Source of the DNA: Candidatus Helarchaeota archaeon
Lineage (GTDB): Archaea; Asgardarchaeota; Lokiarchaeia; Helarchaeales; RDOG01
DNA length: 64,000 bases
Direction of reading: 5' to 3'
Assembly (NCBI GenBank): GCA_019058315.1
Contig: JAHPZH010000001.1
Location: forward strand, 663,536 to 727,535
The notes beneath the pieces were generated by a model. It saw nothing but the letters and a program-made list of their open reading frames with translations, was not told the origin of the DNA and did not search any database. The position numbers were made by a program, and so were the translations under genes. Positions 1-8,383 of this stretch are shown one piece after another; position 1 is the stretch's first letter, and each line of letters opens with the position of its first letter.

Positions 1-120
1 GAGAAAAATATTTTCGAAAAAATTCACTTATCATACTCGCAATAATAAGTAAAAAAAGATAATTTGAATTAAATAAAAGAGAATATTATAGTATAAATTA
101 ATTAAAATGAGGTTATTTAT

Positions 121-387
121 ATGAGTGAAGAGGTTGTAACTTTAACATTTGAGAATGCCGCAACTAAAAAGGAATGGAAAGTCCCAGCTGTTTCTTCAGA
201 GTTGATGAGGGATTATGTAGGTCAAGCAGCAAAACAATTATTTAAACCAATCCCTGCTAGAGTAGGGATTGCAACTAAAGATGGTCAAATCGTTCAAGAT
301 TGGGGCGATAAATCAGTAAGTACAGTTTTAGAACTATATCGAACTAATTCCTTCGTTTTGGGAAGCCCAGATCAACTTGGTTTCTAA
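121..387 (+). CDS. UFM1-like ubiquitin-fold modifier (beta-grasp), C-terminal single Gly plus 1-aa extension
   Basis: 88 aa. AAKQLFKPIPARVGIATKDG...SVSTVLELY...PDQLG|F aligns by eye with human UFM1 AAEEFKVPAATSAIITNDG...TAGNVFLKH...RDRVG|SC (recalled). SD-like GAGGT upstream; adjacent to two UFC1-like genes. Confidence 0.75.
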   Translation: MSEEVVTLTFENAATKKEWKVPAVSSELMRDYVGQAAKQLFKPIPARVGIATKDGQIVQDWGDKSVSTVLELYRTNSFVLGSPDQLGF

Positions 388-407
388 TTTTTCTTATTGG
401 TGTAGGC

Positions 408-956
408 ATGGGTGAAGATAAGGACTGGCTAGATACTTCTAAATACATTGATAGCATTAGTATCGATTTTGATAGGGATTATCTCTCTAAGCATTTTCTA
501 GATTTATACCAATTAAAAATAAAATCTCAAGTTATCATCAAAGAGCTACCAAAGTTTAAAAATACAATGAACGTAAGGTCAACCAATTGGCAAAAGAGAG
601 TTGAAGAAGAATACGAAATTTTCAATATATTAAAGGGAAGATATATTGAACGCATTGGTTTTGCAGTTTTCAATGATTTAAAAGCAGTAGATTCCAACTC
701 AAGAAAATGGACAGCGATGTATTATCGATCAAAACAATCTAGAGGGATTAATGTAAACATTACTCTAAGCTTGACGTATCCAAGAACTTTTCCTACCGCT
801 TTGAGAAATGTTGGTGATCGACACTTAACACCTGGTGCAAAATGCTTTGGTGATTTAAAAACACGTTGGGCAAGAGATGGTAGTATGGGTATTTCGCACT
901 TTTTAGTTATTATCGGCTATTATTTTGCAATAGAAAAACAAAGCCTTCGAGTTTGA
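408..956 (+). CDS. UFC1-like E2 conjugating enzyme, paralog A
   Basis: KELPKFK...WQKRVEEEY, LTYPRTFP, KC146FGDLKTRWARDGSMGISHFLV...FAIE match UFC1 motifs SEIPVLK...WVQRLKEEY, ITYPTTAP, ICLTDHFKPLWARN...GLAHLM...LAVE. The only Cys sits at the catalytic position. Confidence 0.8.
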   Translation: MGEDKDWLDTSKYIDSISIDFDRDYLSKHFLDLYQLKIKSQVIIKELPKFKNTMNVRSTNWQKRVEEEYEIFNILKGRYIERIGFAVFNDLKAVDSNSRKWTAMYYRSKQSRGINVNITLSLTYPRTFPTALRNVGDRHLTPGAKCFGDLKTRWARDGSMGISHFLVIIGYYFAIEKQSLRV

Positions 957-963
957 AAAATAA

Positions 964-1494
964 ATGCCAATAGATATAAAATTATTTGATGTAGGAAGTT
1001 CTATCGGTTATTGGGATTTTATCCGTGATGTTCCTTTATTTAAAACAGTTGCGACTACAAGTAGTAGTAAATGGAAAGAAAGGTTGAAAGAAGAATATGA
1101 AAAATTAAATTATCTGGCAAAATTAACTCAAAAAAATATAATTTTTGACAAAATAGAAGAAGATCGCTCAAATAAAAAAATATTTAACTGTGAAGGACAC
1201 TTTCCTTCTGGAAGAAAAATAACTTTTAATATTCGATTGCCTGTTAGATATCCAAATTCCATTCCTATTGCCGAAAATTTCTATATCCGTGATTGGTATG
1301 TAGGACTTGACAAATTTAAAGCTGCATGTTTTGGTAAAATAAAAGAAAAATGGCGAAAAGATGGTCGTATGGGTTTGGTTCACTTTTTGGTAATGCTTGC
1401 ACATTATACAACTTTTGCTGCATTTAGTATAAATACACCAAAAGTATCAAATTCAAAAAAGAAAAAGAGGTTAAAACAAAAAAGGCTTGGTTAA
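964..1494 (+). CDS. UFC1-like E2 conjugating enzyme, paralog B, with basic C-terminal tail
   Basis: IRDVPLFKT...WKERLKEEY, LPVRYPNSIP, AC122FGKIKEKWRKDGRMGLVHFLV; clear paralog of 408..956; tail KKKKRLKQKRLG. Confidence 0.82.
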   Translation: MPIDIKLFDVGSSIGYWDFIRDVPLFKTVATTSSSKWKERLKEEYEKLNYLAKLTQKNIIFDKIEEDRSNKKIFNCEGHFPSGRKITFNIRLPVRYPNSIPIAENFYIRDWYVGLDKFKAACFGKIKEKWRKDGRMGLVHFLVMLAHYTTFAAFSINTPKVSNSKKKKRLKQKRLG

Positions 1495-1497
1495 AAA

Positions 1498-3120
1498 ATG
1501 GAAGATGAAGATAAATATAAAATAGAAAAAATTGGAACGCCTGCAGGAGATGCTGCCTCTGCACAAAGCGTAGTAGATGCAATAAATTATATCTTATTGA
1601 AATTAAAAGAATTAGATGATTATTATACTGATAAACTAAAATTTCTTGATATTTCCTCCCTAGATCCGATGATAGAAGGAATACATGATAAGATCAATGA
1701 CTTAAAAATAACCCAAGACTTACTTACCCAAAAAATTTCCGAATTAGAAAAGGGAGAAAATATAAATAATCAAGTTTCCAATCAAACTTCAGTAATTACT
1801 CCAGATGCTGATGAGTCTGAAATAATCAGCGATTCACAAGAAATAAAAGAAATGGAAAGCAAAAAGACAAAAACCATCGATAAAAGTAATTTAGAGGATT
1901 TACTTAAGACAATTTTGAATCTACAAGGTGATTTAAGTCTCCTAAGTACATCTAAATTACCAGAAATTTATTCGATTTTACCCTATGAAGAAATTAAAAA
2001 ATCCCTTGAAGAGCTAGGTGGTTATATTGATCAAAAGGATCTTTTAGGATTAACGTTCAGTTTTTTAACATTACCTGATACGGAAATTCCAAAAAATTAT
2101 AAAATTATATTATATGGACCTGAAGGAAACGGTAAAACTTCCATAGTTCATGCATTAACAAAAAAATATGGGTATTCATTAATTCTAATAGATTTTCCAA
2201 AATTAATTACATATTCAGAGAATAAACAAATTCAGGAATTAATTTCTTTTTTCAAAAGTATTAAAGAAAATCAAGAGATCAAGCCTGCAATCTTATTTCT
2301 AGATAATCTTGAAATGATCACTGGAAAGCTATCTTCAAAATACATAATAAAAACCTTAATTCTTGAGATGGAAAAAATAAACCTAGCAGACCATAGAATT
2401 TTAATTGTGGCTGCTACAAGAGATTTAGAACAAATTGGAGAAGAAGTTTTAAAAAGTTTTGACGATTTTGTAGAATTTTCTAATCCTGATGATTTAGAAA
2501 AAAGTAAAATATTAAGAACACTTTTAGACGAAGTTAAATTAGAAAATGGATTAGATATTGATGAACTAACAAATAATTTGGCATTTGATATTGATACTAA
2601 AGACTTTTCATGTTTAGATTTAGAAAATATTTTAAAAATTGTAAAATTTTTATTGATAAAGGAAAGTAGAAATTACGCTATCAAAGCTGATTTTGATAAA
2701 GCTTTACAAAAAATAAAAAGTAGAAATAAGTTAATAAAACAAGAAAAATCAACAAAAACAGAACAAATTTCTGAAAAAGTAGAAAAAATTCAGAGCTTAG
2801 AGGATGAAATCACAAATTTAAAAAATATGATGTGGACATCTAAAGGAATTCTCAAACATAGTTTAAGGCTCGCATTATCTGAGAATTTTGATTTTGTACA
2901 TAGATTATTTAATTTATTTAAAGGTAATAATGCACCATTCACGATCAAAGAAGCAAGCAAAATTCTAGGAATTTCAATTACTGAAGCAAAGAAGGTTCTA
3001 AATAAAGATTCATTTCAAATAATTTTTCCCAAGATCATGAATACGTATCAACCCGCATTTGATCAGGTATTATTTGATGAAATCTCGTTGGAAATTGGCT
3101 TTGGGCTTCAAGGTGATTAA
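1498..3120 (+). CDS. AAA+ family protein, probably catalytically degenerate, with coiled coils and C-terminal HTH
   Basis: Walker A GPEGNGKT; Walker B ILFLDN (E>N); sensor-1 VAATR; SRH region IGEEVLKSFDD lacks Arg fingers; lid DFSCLDLENI; C-terminal FTIKEASKILGISITEAKKVL. Confidence 0.8.
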   Translation: MEDEDKYKIEKIGTPAGDAASAQSVVDAINYILLKLKELDDYYTDKLKFLDISSLDPMIEGIHDKINDLKITQDLLTQKISELEKGENINNQVSNQTSVITPDADESEIISDSQEIKEMESKKTKTIDKSNLEDLLKTILNLQGDLSLLSTSKLPEIYSILPYEEIKKSLEELGGYIDQKDLLGLTFSFLTLPDTEIPKNYKIILYGPEGNGKTSIVHALTKKYGYSLILIDFPKLITYSENKQIQELISFFKSIKENQEIKPAILFLDNLEMITGKLSSKYIIKTLILEMEKINLADHRILIVAATRDLEQIGEEVLKSFDDFVEFSNPDDLEKSKILRTLLDEVKLENGLDIDELTNNLAFDIDTKDFSCLDLENILKIVKFLLIKESRNYAIKADFDKALQKIKSRNKLIKQEKSTKTEQISEKVEKIQSLEDEITNLKNMMWTSKGILKHSLRLALSENFDFVHRLFNLFKGNNAPFTIKEASKILGISITEAKKVLNKDSFQIIFPKIMNTYQPAFDQVLFDEISLEIGFGLQGD

Positions 3121-3185
3121 AAATAAATGAAATAGCCAATAAGCACAAGTCTCCTGAAATGATTTTTGCTAGGAAGTGAAATCCC

Positions 3186-6100
3186 ATTTCAAATTTAAAA
3201 AAAGTCATAATAACAAATTTTAAAACCTTTTTGGGTCGCCACGAGTTAGAATTCCCAAAAAAAGGACTTAGTGTTCTAATTGGTCCTTGTGGTTCTGGAA
3301 AATCTAATGTGTTAGATGCTATTCTTTTTGCAATGGGAATTATTGATGAACGCCGGAAAAATACAGTATTAGAGGTTATTACAGAGGAGCATGAAACACA
3401 TAAACAGTTGGCAAATGCTGCAGAAGTAGAATTAATATTTGAAAATTTAGATGGTGTTCATTCTGAGAATGGGGGAAAATTAAATATTTCAAGGCAATTG
3501 AGAATCCCTGCAAGTGGTCAATTTTATAGCATCTATAAAATGAATGGTAATGAAAGTACAAGATCTGAAATTTTACAGACTTTAAACAAATTTGGAATTC
3601 AACCTGATGGATATAATATTATAAAACAAGGTGAAATTTCAACCCGAATGAAAGATACTCCTGAAAGTAGGAAACAGTTAATAGAAATTGTCTCAGGATT
3701 ATCAGAATTTGATCCTATGATTACAGACGCGGAAAGCAAAATCGATAATTCTCGTAACAATTTAAAACAAATCGATCTTTTACTGAAAGAATCTAAACGC
3801 CAATTATCTGAATTAGAAAAAGAGAAAGAAAGAGCTTTAGAATATAAAGAAATGGAGTCTAAATTAAGTCAATTAAAGGGATTAAAAATACAATATAGAA
3901 AATTTCAATATTTGGAAGATATTAAAAATTTAAAATTGGAAATTGGAAAAATTAAAAAAATTATTCAAGAAGTTGAATCAGAATCTGATAATCTCTTTCA
4001 AAATCTCAAAAAAAATGGGCAAAAAATTGAAGAATTTAGGCAAAAAATTACTGAACTTGAGAAAAATCGCAGTTCTCTTACTGGACATGCTAAATCTATT
4101 GACGATCAAATTCGAGAAATTGAACTAAAAATAAAACAAAACGAAGAAAAGCGTAAATATCAAAAGAAAGATAGAAAGGAAGCACTTCTAAGAGAAATTC
4201 AAAAATTGGAATCAAAAAGACTAGAAATTTCTTCAAAAATGGAAGAAAATGTTAAGAAAAACAATAAAATACAAGGAAATATTCGAGAAGTTCGAGATGT
4301 ATTAGAAAAATATAATAAAGAGCTTCCCGAATTACAAAGTAAGAATAAAGCTATTATATTGAAAATTAGTAACCTGAAAGATGAAATTAATAAACAAACC
4401 AGATTGAAAGATAAAATCGACAAAGAAGTTAGTGAATTACGAATTCGAAAGGATCAATCAGACTCTAAATTCGAAGAAGTCTCAGTAGATTTAGAAAGAA
4501 AAAACAGAAAATTAACTCAAATTAATTCAGAAATCAGTAATATGGCGACAAGAAAGAAAAATTATATTCAAACTATTAACTCAATTACGAAATTTTTTCA
4601 GGAGAGTTTAATAGAATTAAAAGAATTAGAGAAAAAACAACCCATTTTAGACCGAGATCTTAAAGATATGAAAGAATCATTGAAAAAATACGAAGAAGAA
4701 ATGAAAAGTTTGAAACCTCGTTACTCAAGCGATATCAAAGTTATTCTCGAAGGACGAGATAGTGGTAAACTCCCAGGATTAATTGGGACAATATTAGAAT
4801 TAATTAATATAAAAAATATTAATCCAAATTATGCAAAAGCTATTGAAGCAGCTATTAGTGATTATTTTGAACATCTTGTAGTTGAAAATTTTAATGCTTC
4901 AAAAAAAGTAATTGAATATGTAAAAGAAAAAGAATTAGGAAAAACAACTATATATCTTTTAGATAAGATTAAAGGGTGGGATGAAAAAAAACTTCCAATT
5001 TCCACTGGTATTATAGATAAAATGATTAATCTTGTCAAATTTGAGGAAAAATATCGTCAATTATTATCTTTCGTGTTTAAAGATACTGTATTGGCTCAAG
5101 ATTTAGAGACTGCATATAAAATCCATGAAGATTTTAGAGTTGTTACCTTGGAGGGTGAAGTTATTGAACGTAAAGGATATATTATAACCCAAGGAAGATT
5201 TGAACCCAAATTTCTCCTATTATCTGAATATTATAAGGTAAAAATTAAAGATCTTGAAGAAAGAATCCTAAATAAAAGTAAAGAATTGGAAGATATTACC
5301 AGAAAAATAAACAAAATATATGTTAAAAGAGAAAAAGAAGTAAAAAGAAAAGATGAATTAAATAGGTCTATAGGTCAAATTGATGGTAAACAAGAAGAAA
5401 TTATTAATACAAAAGCTGAGCTGGAACAAGATATTGAGGATTTAAGGCATCAAATAAATATTTTAAATGATAATATTGTTGATTATCAAGTAGAAATACA
5501 AAATAAACAAATGGACTTAGCAAATGCATTTAGTGGATTAGACGCTTTGAAATCAGAAAAAGAAAAACTAGATAAAGAATTAAAAACGACAGAATATGGT
5601 CCCATAGAGAAAAAAATAAGAGAAAATAATAATAAATTAAAAAAATTACGAAAAGATGTTAGAGATCTCGAGAAAAAAAGAAACAATTATCGAAATCAAT
5701 TAGTTGATGTCGATTCAAGCATTAAGATTTATAGAGAACGCTATAATTATTCAATTGCAAAAATAGATGAGTTAGATAATGAAAAAGATTCACTAGAAAA
5801 GCATATGGAAGAATTACTTTCAAAAATGGAATCGCAAAATACTGAAATCGCTGAAATTTACTTAGAAATACAAGAATTGGAGAGGGGACAGAAGAAATTA
5901 CAAGATGAAATGGAACTAAAAAAGGAGGAACAGGGTTTTAAAAATAATCAGATTTCCAAGTTAAATGAAAAAATTCATAGTTTAAATAACACAATTGCCA
6001 GAAAAGAAGCATTTATTGAAGAATCCGAAAGCAAGTTAGCCGAGTTAGGAATTGAGTATGATGAAATTCAAAAAATCGATATTGAAAACGTAAATGCTGA

Positions 6101-6758
6101 TATTTATTCATTGGAAAACCAAATGAAATTATTTGGATTAGTCGATCCTAATGCACCAATTAAGTATGAGCGGGAAAATTTAAAATATGAAGAAAGAATT
6201 ACAAAAAAAGAATTATATACAAGAGAGTTGGAAGAGGCTATGAATACATTTTCTGATCTAATTGAACAAAAGAAAACTAAATTCCTTGAAACTCTTGAAA
6301 AAATCAATATTCACTTAAAAAAGGTTTTTAATTACTTCTATAAAGAAGGTACAGCGAAGTTAGTTCCTCAAATTATTAAAGATCCGTTGAATTCAGGAAT
6401 AGAAATCGAAGTAGATTTGGGTTCTGGTATAATAAATAATATCAAAAGCCTTTCAGGTGGGGAGACTAGCTTAGTAGCTATCTCCGTCATCTTGGCTATT
6501 CAAGAATATGAAGGAAGATCTGCACCATTCTATTTCTTGGATGAATTGGATGCACACCTTGATAACACTAAGGGCGAAAAATTGGCCCACCTTATTGCAA
6601 AAATGGCCAAAAATCATCAATATATAATTGTCACCCCAAAAAACAAATATTTAGCAAAATTAGCTAATAGAGTTTTTGCTTTATCAAAAAACGAAAAAGG
6701 ATTTAGTTCCCTACAGTACATTTCCCAAAAAGATTTTGAAAAAGTGGAGGCAACATGA
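3186..6758 (+). CDS. smc: Chromosome segregation protein SMC
   Basis: Walker A GPCGSGKSN, Q-loop IIKQGEI, long coiled coils, hinge (GLIGTILELI...AIEAAI...RVVTLEGEVI), signature LSGGE, Walker B/D-loop FYFLDELDAHLD. The conserved N-terminus ISNLKKVIITNFKTF lies upstream of the ORF-track start (3231), giving a probable ATT start at 3186. Confidence 0.95.
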   Translation: MSNLKKVIITNFKTFLGRHELEFPKKGLSVLIGPCGSGKSNVLDAILFAMGIIDERRKNTVLEVITEEHETHKQLANAAEVELIFENLDGVHSENGGKLNISRQLRIPASGQFYSIYKMNGNESTRSEILQTLNKFGIQPDGYNIIKQGEISTRMKDTPESRKQLIEIVSGLSEFDPMITDAESKIDNSRNNLKQIDLLLKESKRQLSELEKEKERALEYKEMESKLSQLKGLKIQYRKFQYLEDIKNLKLEIGKIKKIIQEVESESDNLFQNLKKNGQKIEEFRQKITELEKNRSSLTGHAKSIDDQIREIELKIKQNEEKRKYQKKDRKEALLREIQKLESKRLEISSKMEENVKKNNKIQGNIREVRDVLEKYNKELPELQSKNKAIILKISNLKDEINKQTRLKDKIDKEVSELRIRKDQSDSKFEEVSVDLERKNRKLTQINSEISNMATRKKNYIQTINSITKFFQESLIELKELEKKQPILDRDLKDMKESLKKYEEEMKSLKPRYSSDIKVILEGRDSGKLPGLIGTILELINIKNINPNYAKAIEAAISDYFEHLVVENFNASKKVIEYVKEKELGKTTIYLLDKIKGWDEKKLPISTGIIDKMINLVKFEEKYRQLLSFVFKDTVLAQDLETAYKIHEDFRVVTLEGEVIERKGYIITQGRFEPKFLLLSEYYKVKIKDLEERILNKSKELEDITRKINKIYVKREKEVKRKDELNRSIGQIDGKQEEIINTKAELEQDIEDLRHQINILNDNIVDYQVEIQNKQMDLANAFSGLDALKSEKEKLDKELKTTEYGPIEKKIRENNNKLKKLRKDVRDLEKKRNNYRNQLVDVDSSIKIYRERYNYSIAKIDELDNEKDSLEKHMEELLSKMESQNTEIAEIYLEIQELERGQKKLQDEMELKKEEQGFKNNQISKLNEKIHSLNNTIARKEAFIEESESKLAELGIEYDEIQKIDIENVNADIYSLENQMKLFGLVDPNAPIKYERENLKYEERITKKELYTRELEEAMNTFSDLIEQKKTKFLETLEKINIHLKKVFNYFYKEGTAKLVPQIIKDPLNSGIEIEVDLGSGIINNIKSLSGGETSLVAISVILAIQEYEGRSAPFYFLDELDAHLDNTKGEKLAHLIAKMAKNHQYIIVTPKNKYLAKLANRVFALSKNEKGFSSLQYISQKDFEKVEAT

Positions 6759-7417
6759 GTAAAAATCAGAAAATAACTGGTAAAAAAGTCAAACAAATTA
6801 TAAGATTATGTCAAAGTGCTTTAAAAGGAAAAACTAAATTAGAAGATGCTGATTTATTAAGCTTTCTGCCTACCCTGAGAACCAGGATCCAGAAAGGAAG
6901 TTTTGATTTTACCTCAATAAAAGCTTTTTCCTTAAGTTCGCATGTCTTAGACCTTAAGACAAGAAATTTATTAGGGGAATTCGTTAAAAATGAGGTTAAA
7001 TCTAAAAATAATCTGTTTGAAATACTTGATAATGAAGATTCATTAGAATCGGTTATTTTGTATCCTATTAACAGTTTTAAAGATTTCTTCATAGAAGAAG
7101 ACATTATTAAGGCATATAATGAACTCTTAATATTGCGTAGAAATAGACCTGATTATTCGGTTTTTGGCAAAGAAGGTATATGTGTTCAGAAAGAAAGTGA
7201 ATATGAGGAAGTAGATAGTTTTGAACAAGATAAAATAAATTTTTTCATGAGGCTGAATAAATTAAATAAAAAAGTTATCGATTTTAATTCTTTACAGACT
7301 AATTGGGAAGATGCTGTTATTAATCTCTTATATTTAGTTCACCTCTCACAAGAGGGTAAAATTAATTTGGAACAAAAATTACCTGATAATAAAATCTTTA
7401 TTAGATTAAGAAATTAA
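6755..7417 (+). CDS. scpA: Kleisin ScpA-like subunit
   Basis: ATGA overlap with the smc stop; C-terminal kleisin winged-helix pattern DAVINLLYLVHLSQEGKINLEQKLPDNKIFIRL. Confidence 0.8.
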   Translation: MSKNQKITGKKVKQIIRLCQSALKGKTKLEDADLLSFLPTLRTRIQKGSFDFTSIKAFSLSSHVLDLKTRNLLGEFVKNEVKSKNNLFEILDNEDSLESVILYPINSFKDFFIEEDIIKAYNELLILRRNRPDYSVFGKEGICVQKESEYEEVDSFEQDKINFFMRLNKLNKKVIDFNSLQTNWEDAVINLLYLVHLSQEGKINLEQKLPDNKIFIRLRN

Positions 7418-7418
7418 G

Positions 7419-7910
7419 GTGAGAAAATTTAATCATCAAAAAGCTCTTGAGGCTCTATTAATTCTAAGAGGAGAAACAGGAATTTCTGTAAATGATATTT
7501 ATAAAATTACTAAAATTAACGATATTGAATATAGCTTTTATTTATTAAATTTAATTGAAAAATCTTTAAATGATTCTTCCCTTTTTTTAAAATATAACCC
7601 TGCCAAAAAACGGTATTTCTTAGCTCTACCTAATGAATATTATAGTTTTTTATCCGAAAAAGATTTAATAAAATCACCTTTATCAAAAAGTGTTTTAGCT
7701 ACACTTGCCTGCATTATAATAGAATTGGAAGAAGGGGTAGTTACTGTTGAAAAATTAAAACAACTTAGAGGAAAAATGGTAATAAATCATTTAAAATCAT
7801 TGGAAAATGAAGGTTTAATTACAATATCTGAAGAAAATATTCTCCCCACTGATAAATTATTAACAAAAATTAACATAAATCAAGTAATCAAAGGAATAAA
7901 AGAAATATAA
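7419..7910 (+). CDS. scpB: Kite subunit ScpB-like
   Basis: ALEALL..., PLSKSVLATLACI, VTVEKLKQLRG...HLKSLENEGLI...PTDKLL (tandem winged helix); directly follows scpA. Confidence 0.85.
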   Translation: MRKFNHQKALEALLILRGETGISVNDIYKITKINDIEYSFYLLNLIEKSLNDSSLFLKYNPAKKRYFLALPNEYYSFLSEKDLIKSPLSKSVLATLACIIIELEEGVVTVEKLKQLRGKMVINHLKSLENEGLITISEENILPTDKLLTKININQVIKGIKEI

Positions 7911-7981
7911 TTCTCTTATATAAAACTTGTGGAGGAGTTTCTCTATATTCTATTGAACGACCTACTATTATTTGATTATCA

Positions 7982-8125
7982 TTAAGAAGTATAGAGAAAA
8001 TTTTTCCTTGGAAATATAAGCAATACTGATTCAAAGTAAACAAATATAACCATATAGATTATAAACATGATCACTAACACACTAATAATTACTCAAATCA
8101 AATTCTTGATTGTTTTTTCGTTCAT
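7982..8125 (-). pseudogene. Remnant of a small membrane protein gene with in-frame TGA
   Basis: Reads MNEKTIKNLI*VIISVLVIMFIIYMVIFVYFESVLLIFPRKNFLYTS, with TGA at codon 11 (8093-8095). N-terminus resembles 59528..60007 (MKNEIKNIILGAIIIICIIFII). Confidence 0.3.
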
Positions 8126-8383
8126 AAGGGTTAACACTACATAAGTAAAAGATGCTATTTTTCTATCTTTTTGTGTTATATATGCTTTCAAATGACAATC
8201 AATTTTTAAATATTATAGCAATTTATCCAAAATTACGATTTTACATAAATTTGTGTAAGTATCTTTGAGAATTGTACCAGAAAATATTTGAATTGCTGAA
8301 TAAAAAATGAAAATTTATATAGTTAAATACAACTATATAAAAAATTCAAATTTAATAATTGGTAAACATTTTTAGGGATACTT

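Noticed and set aside
121-387. SAMP/MoaD/ThiS sulfur carrier
   Set aside because: No C-terminal GG and no cofactor-biosynthesis neighbours; motifs and adjacent E2s fit UFM1 better.
3186-7910. Wadjet/MksBEFG or Rad50-Mre11 system
   Set aside because: SMC has a canonical globular hinge and no zinc hook; no JetD/Toprim or Mre11 nuclease is adjacent; gene order is smc-scpA-scpB.
8093-8095. In-frame TGA as selenocysteine
   Set aside because: It sits at the start of a hydrophobic TM segment with no redox motif, and no SECIS-like hairpin was recognised.
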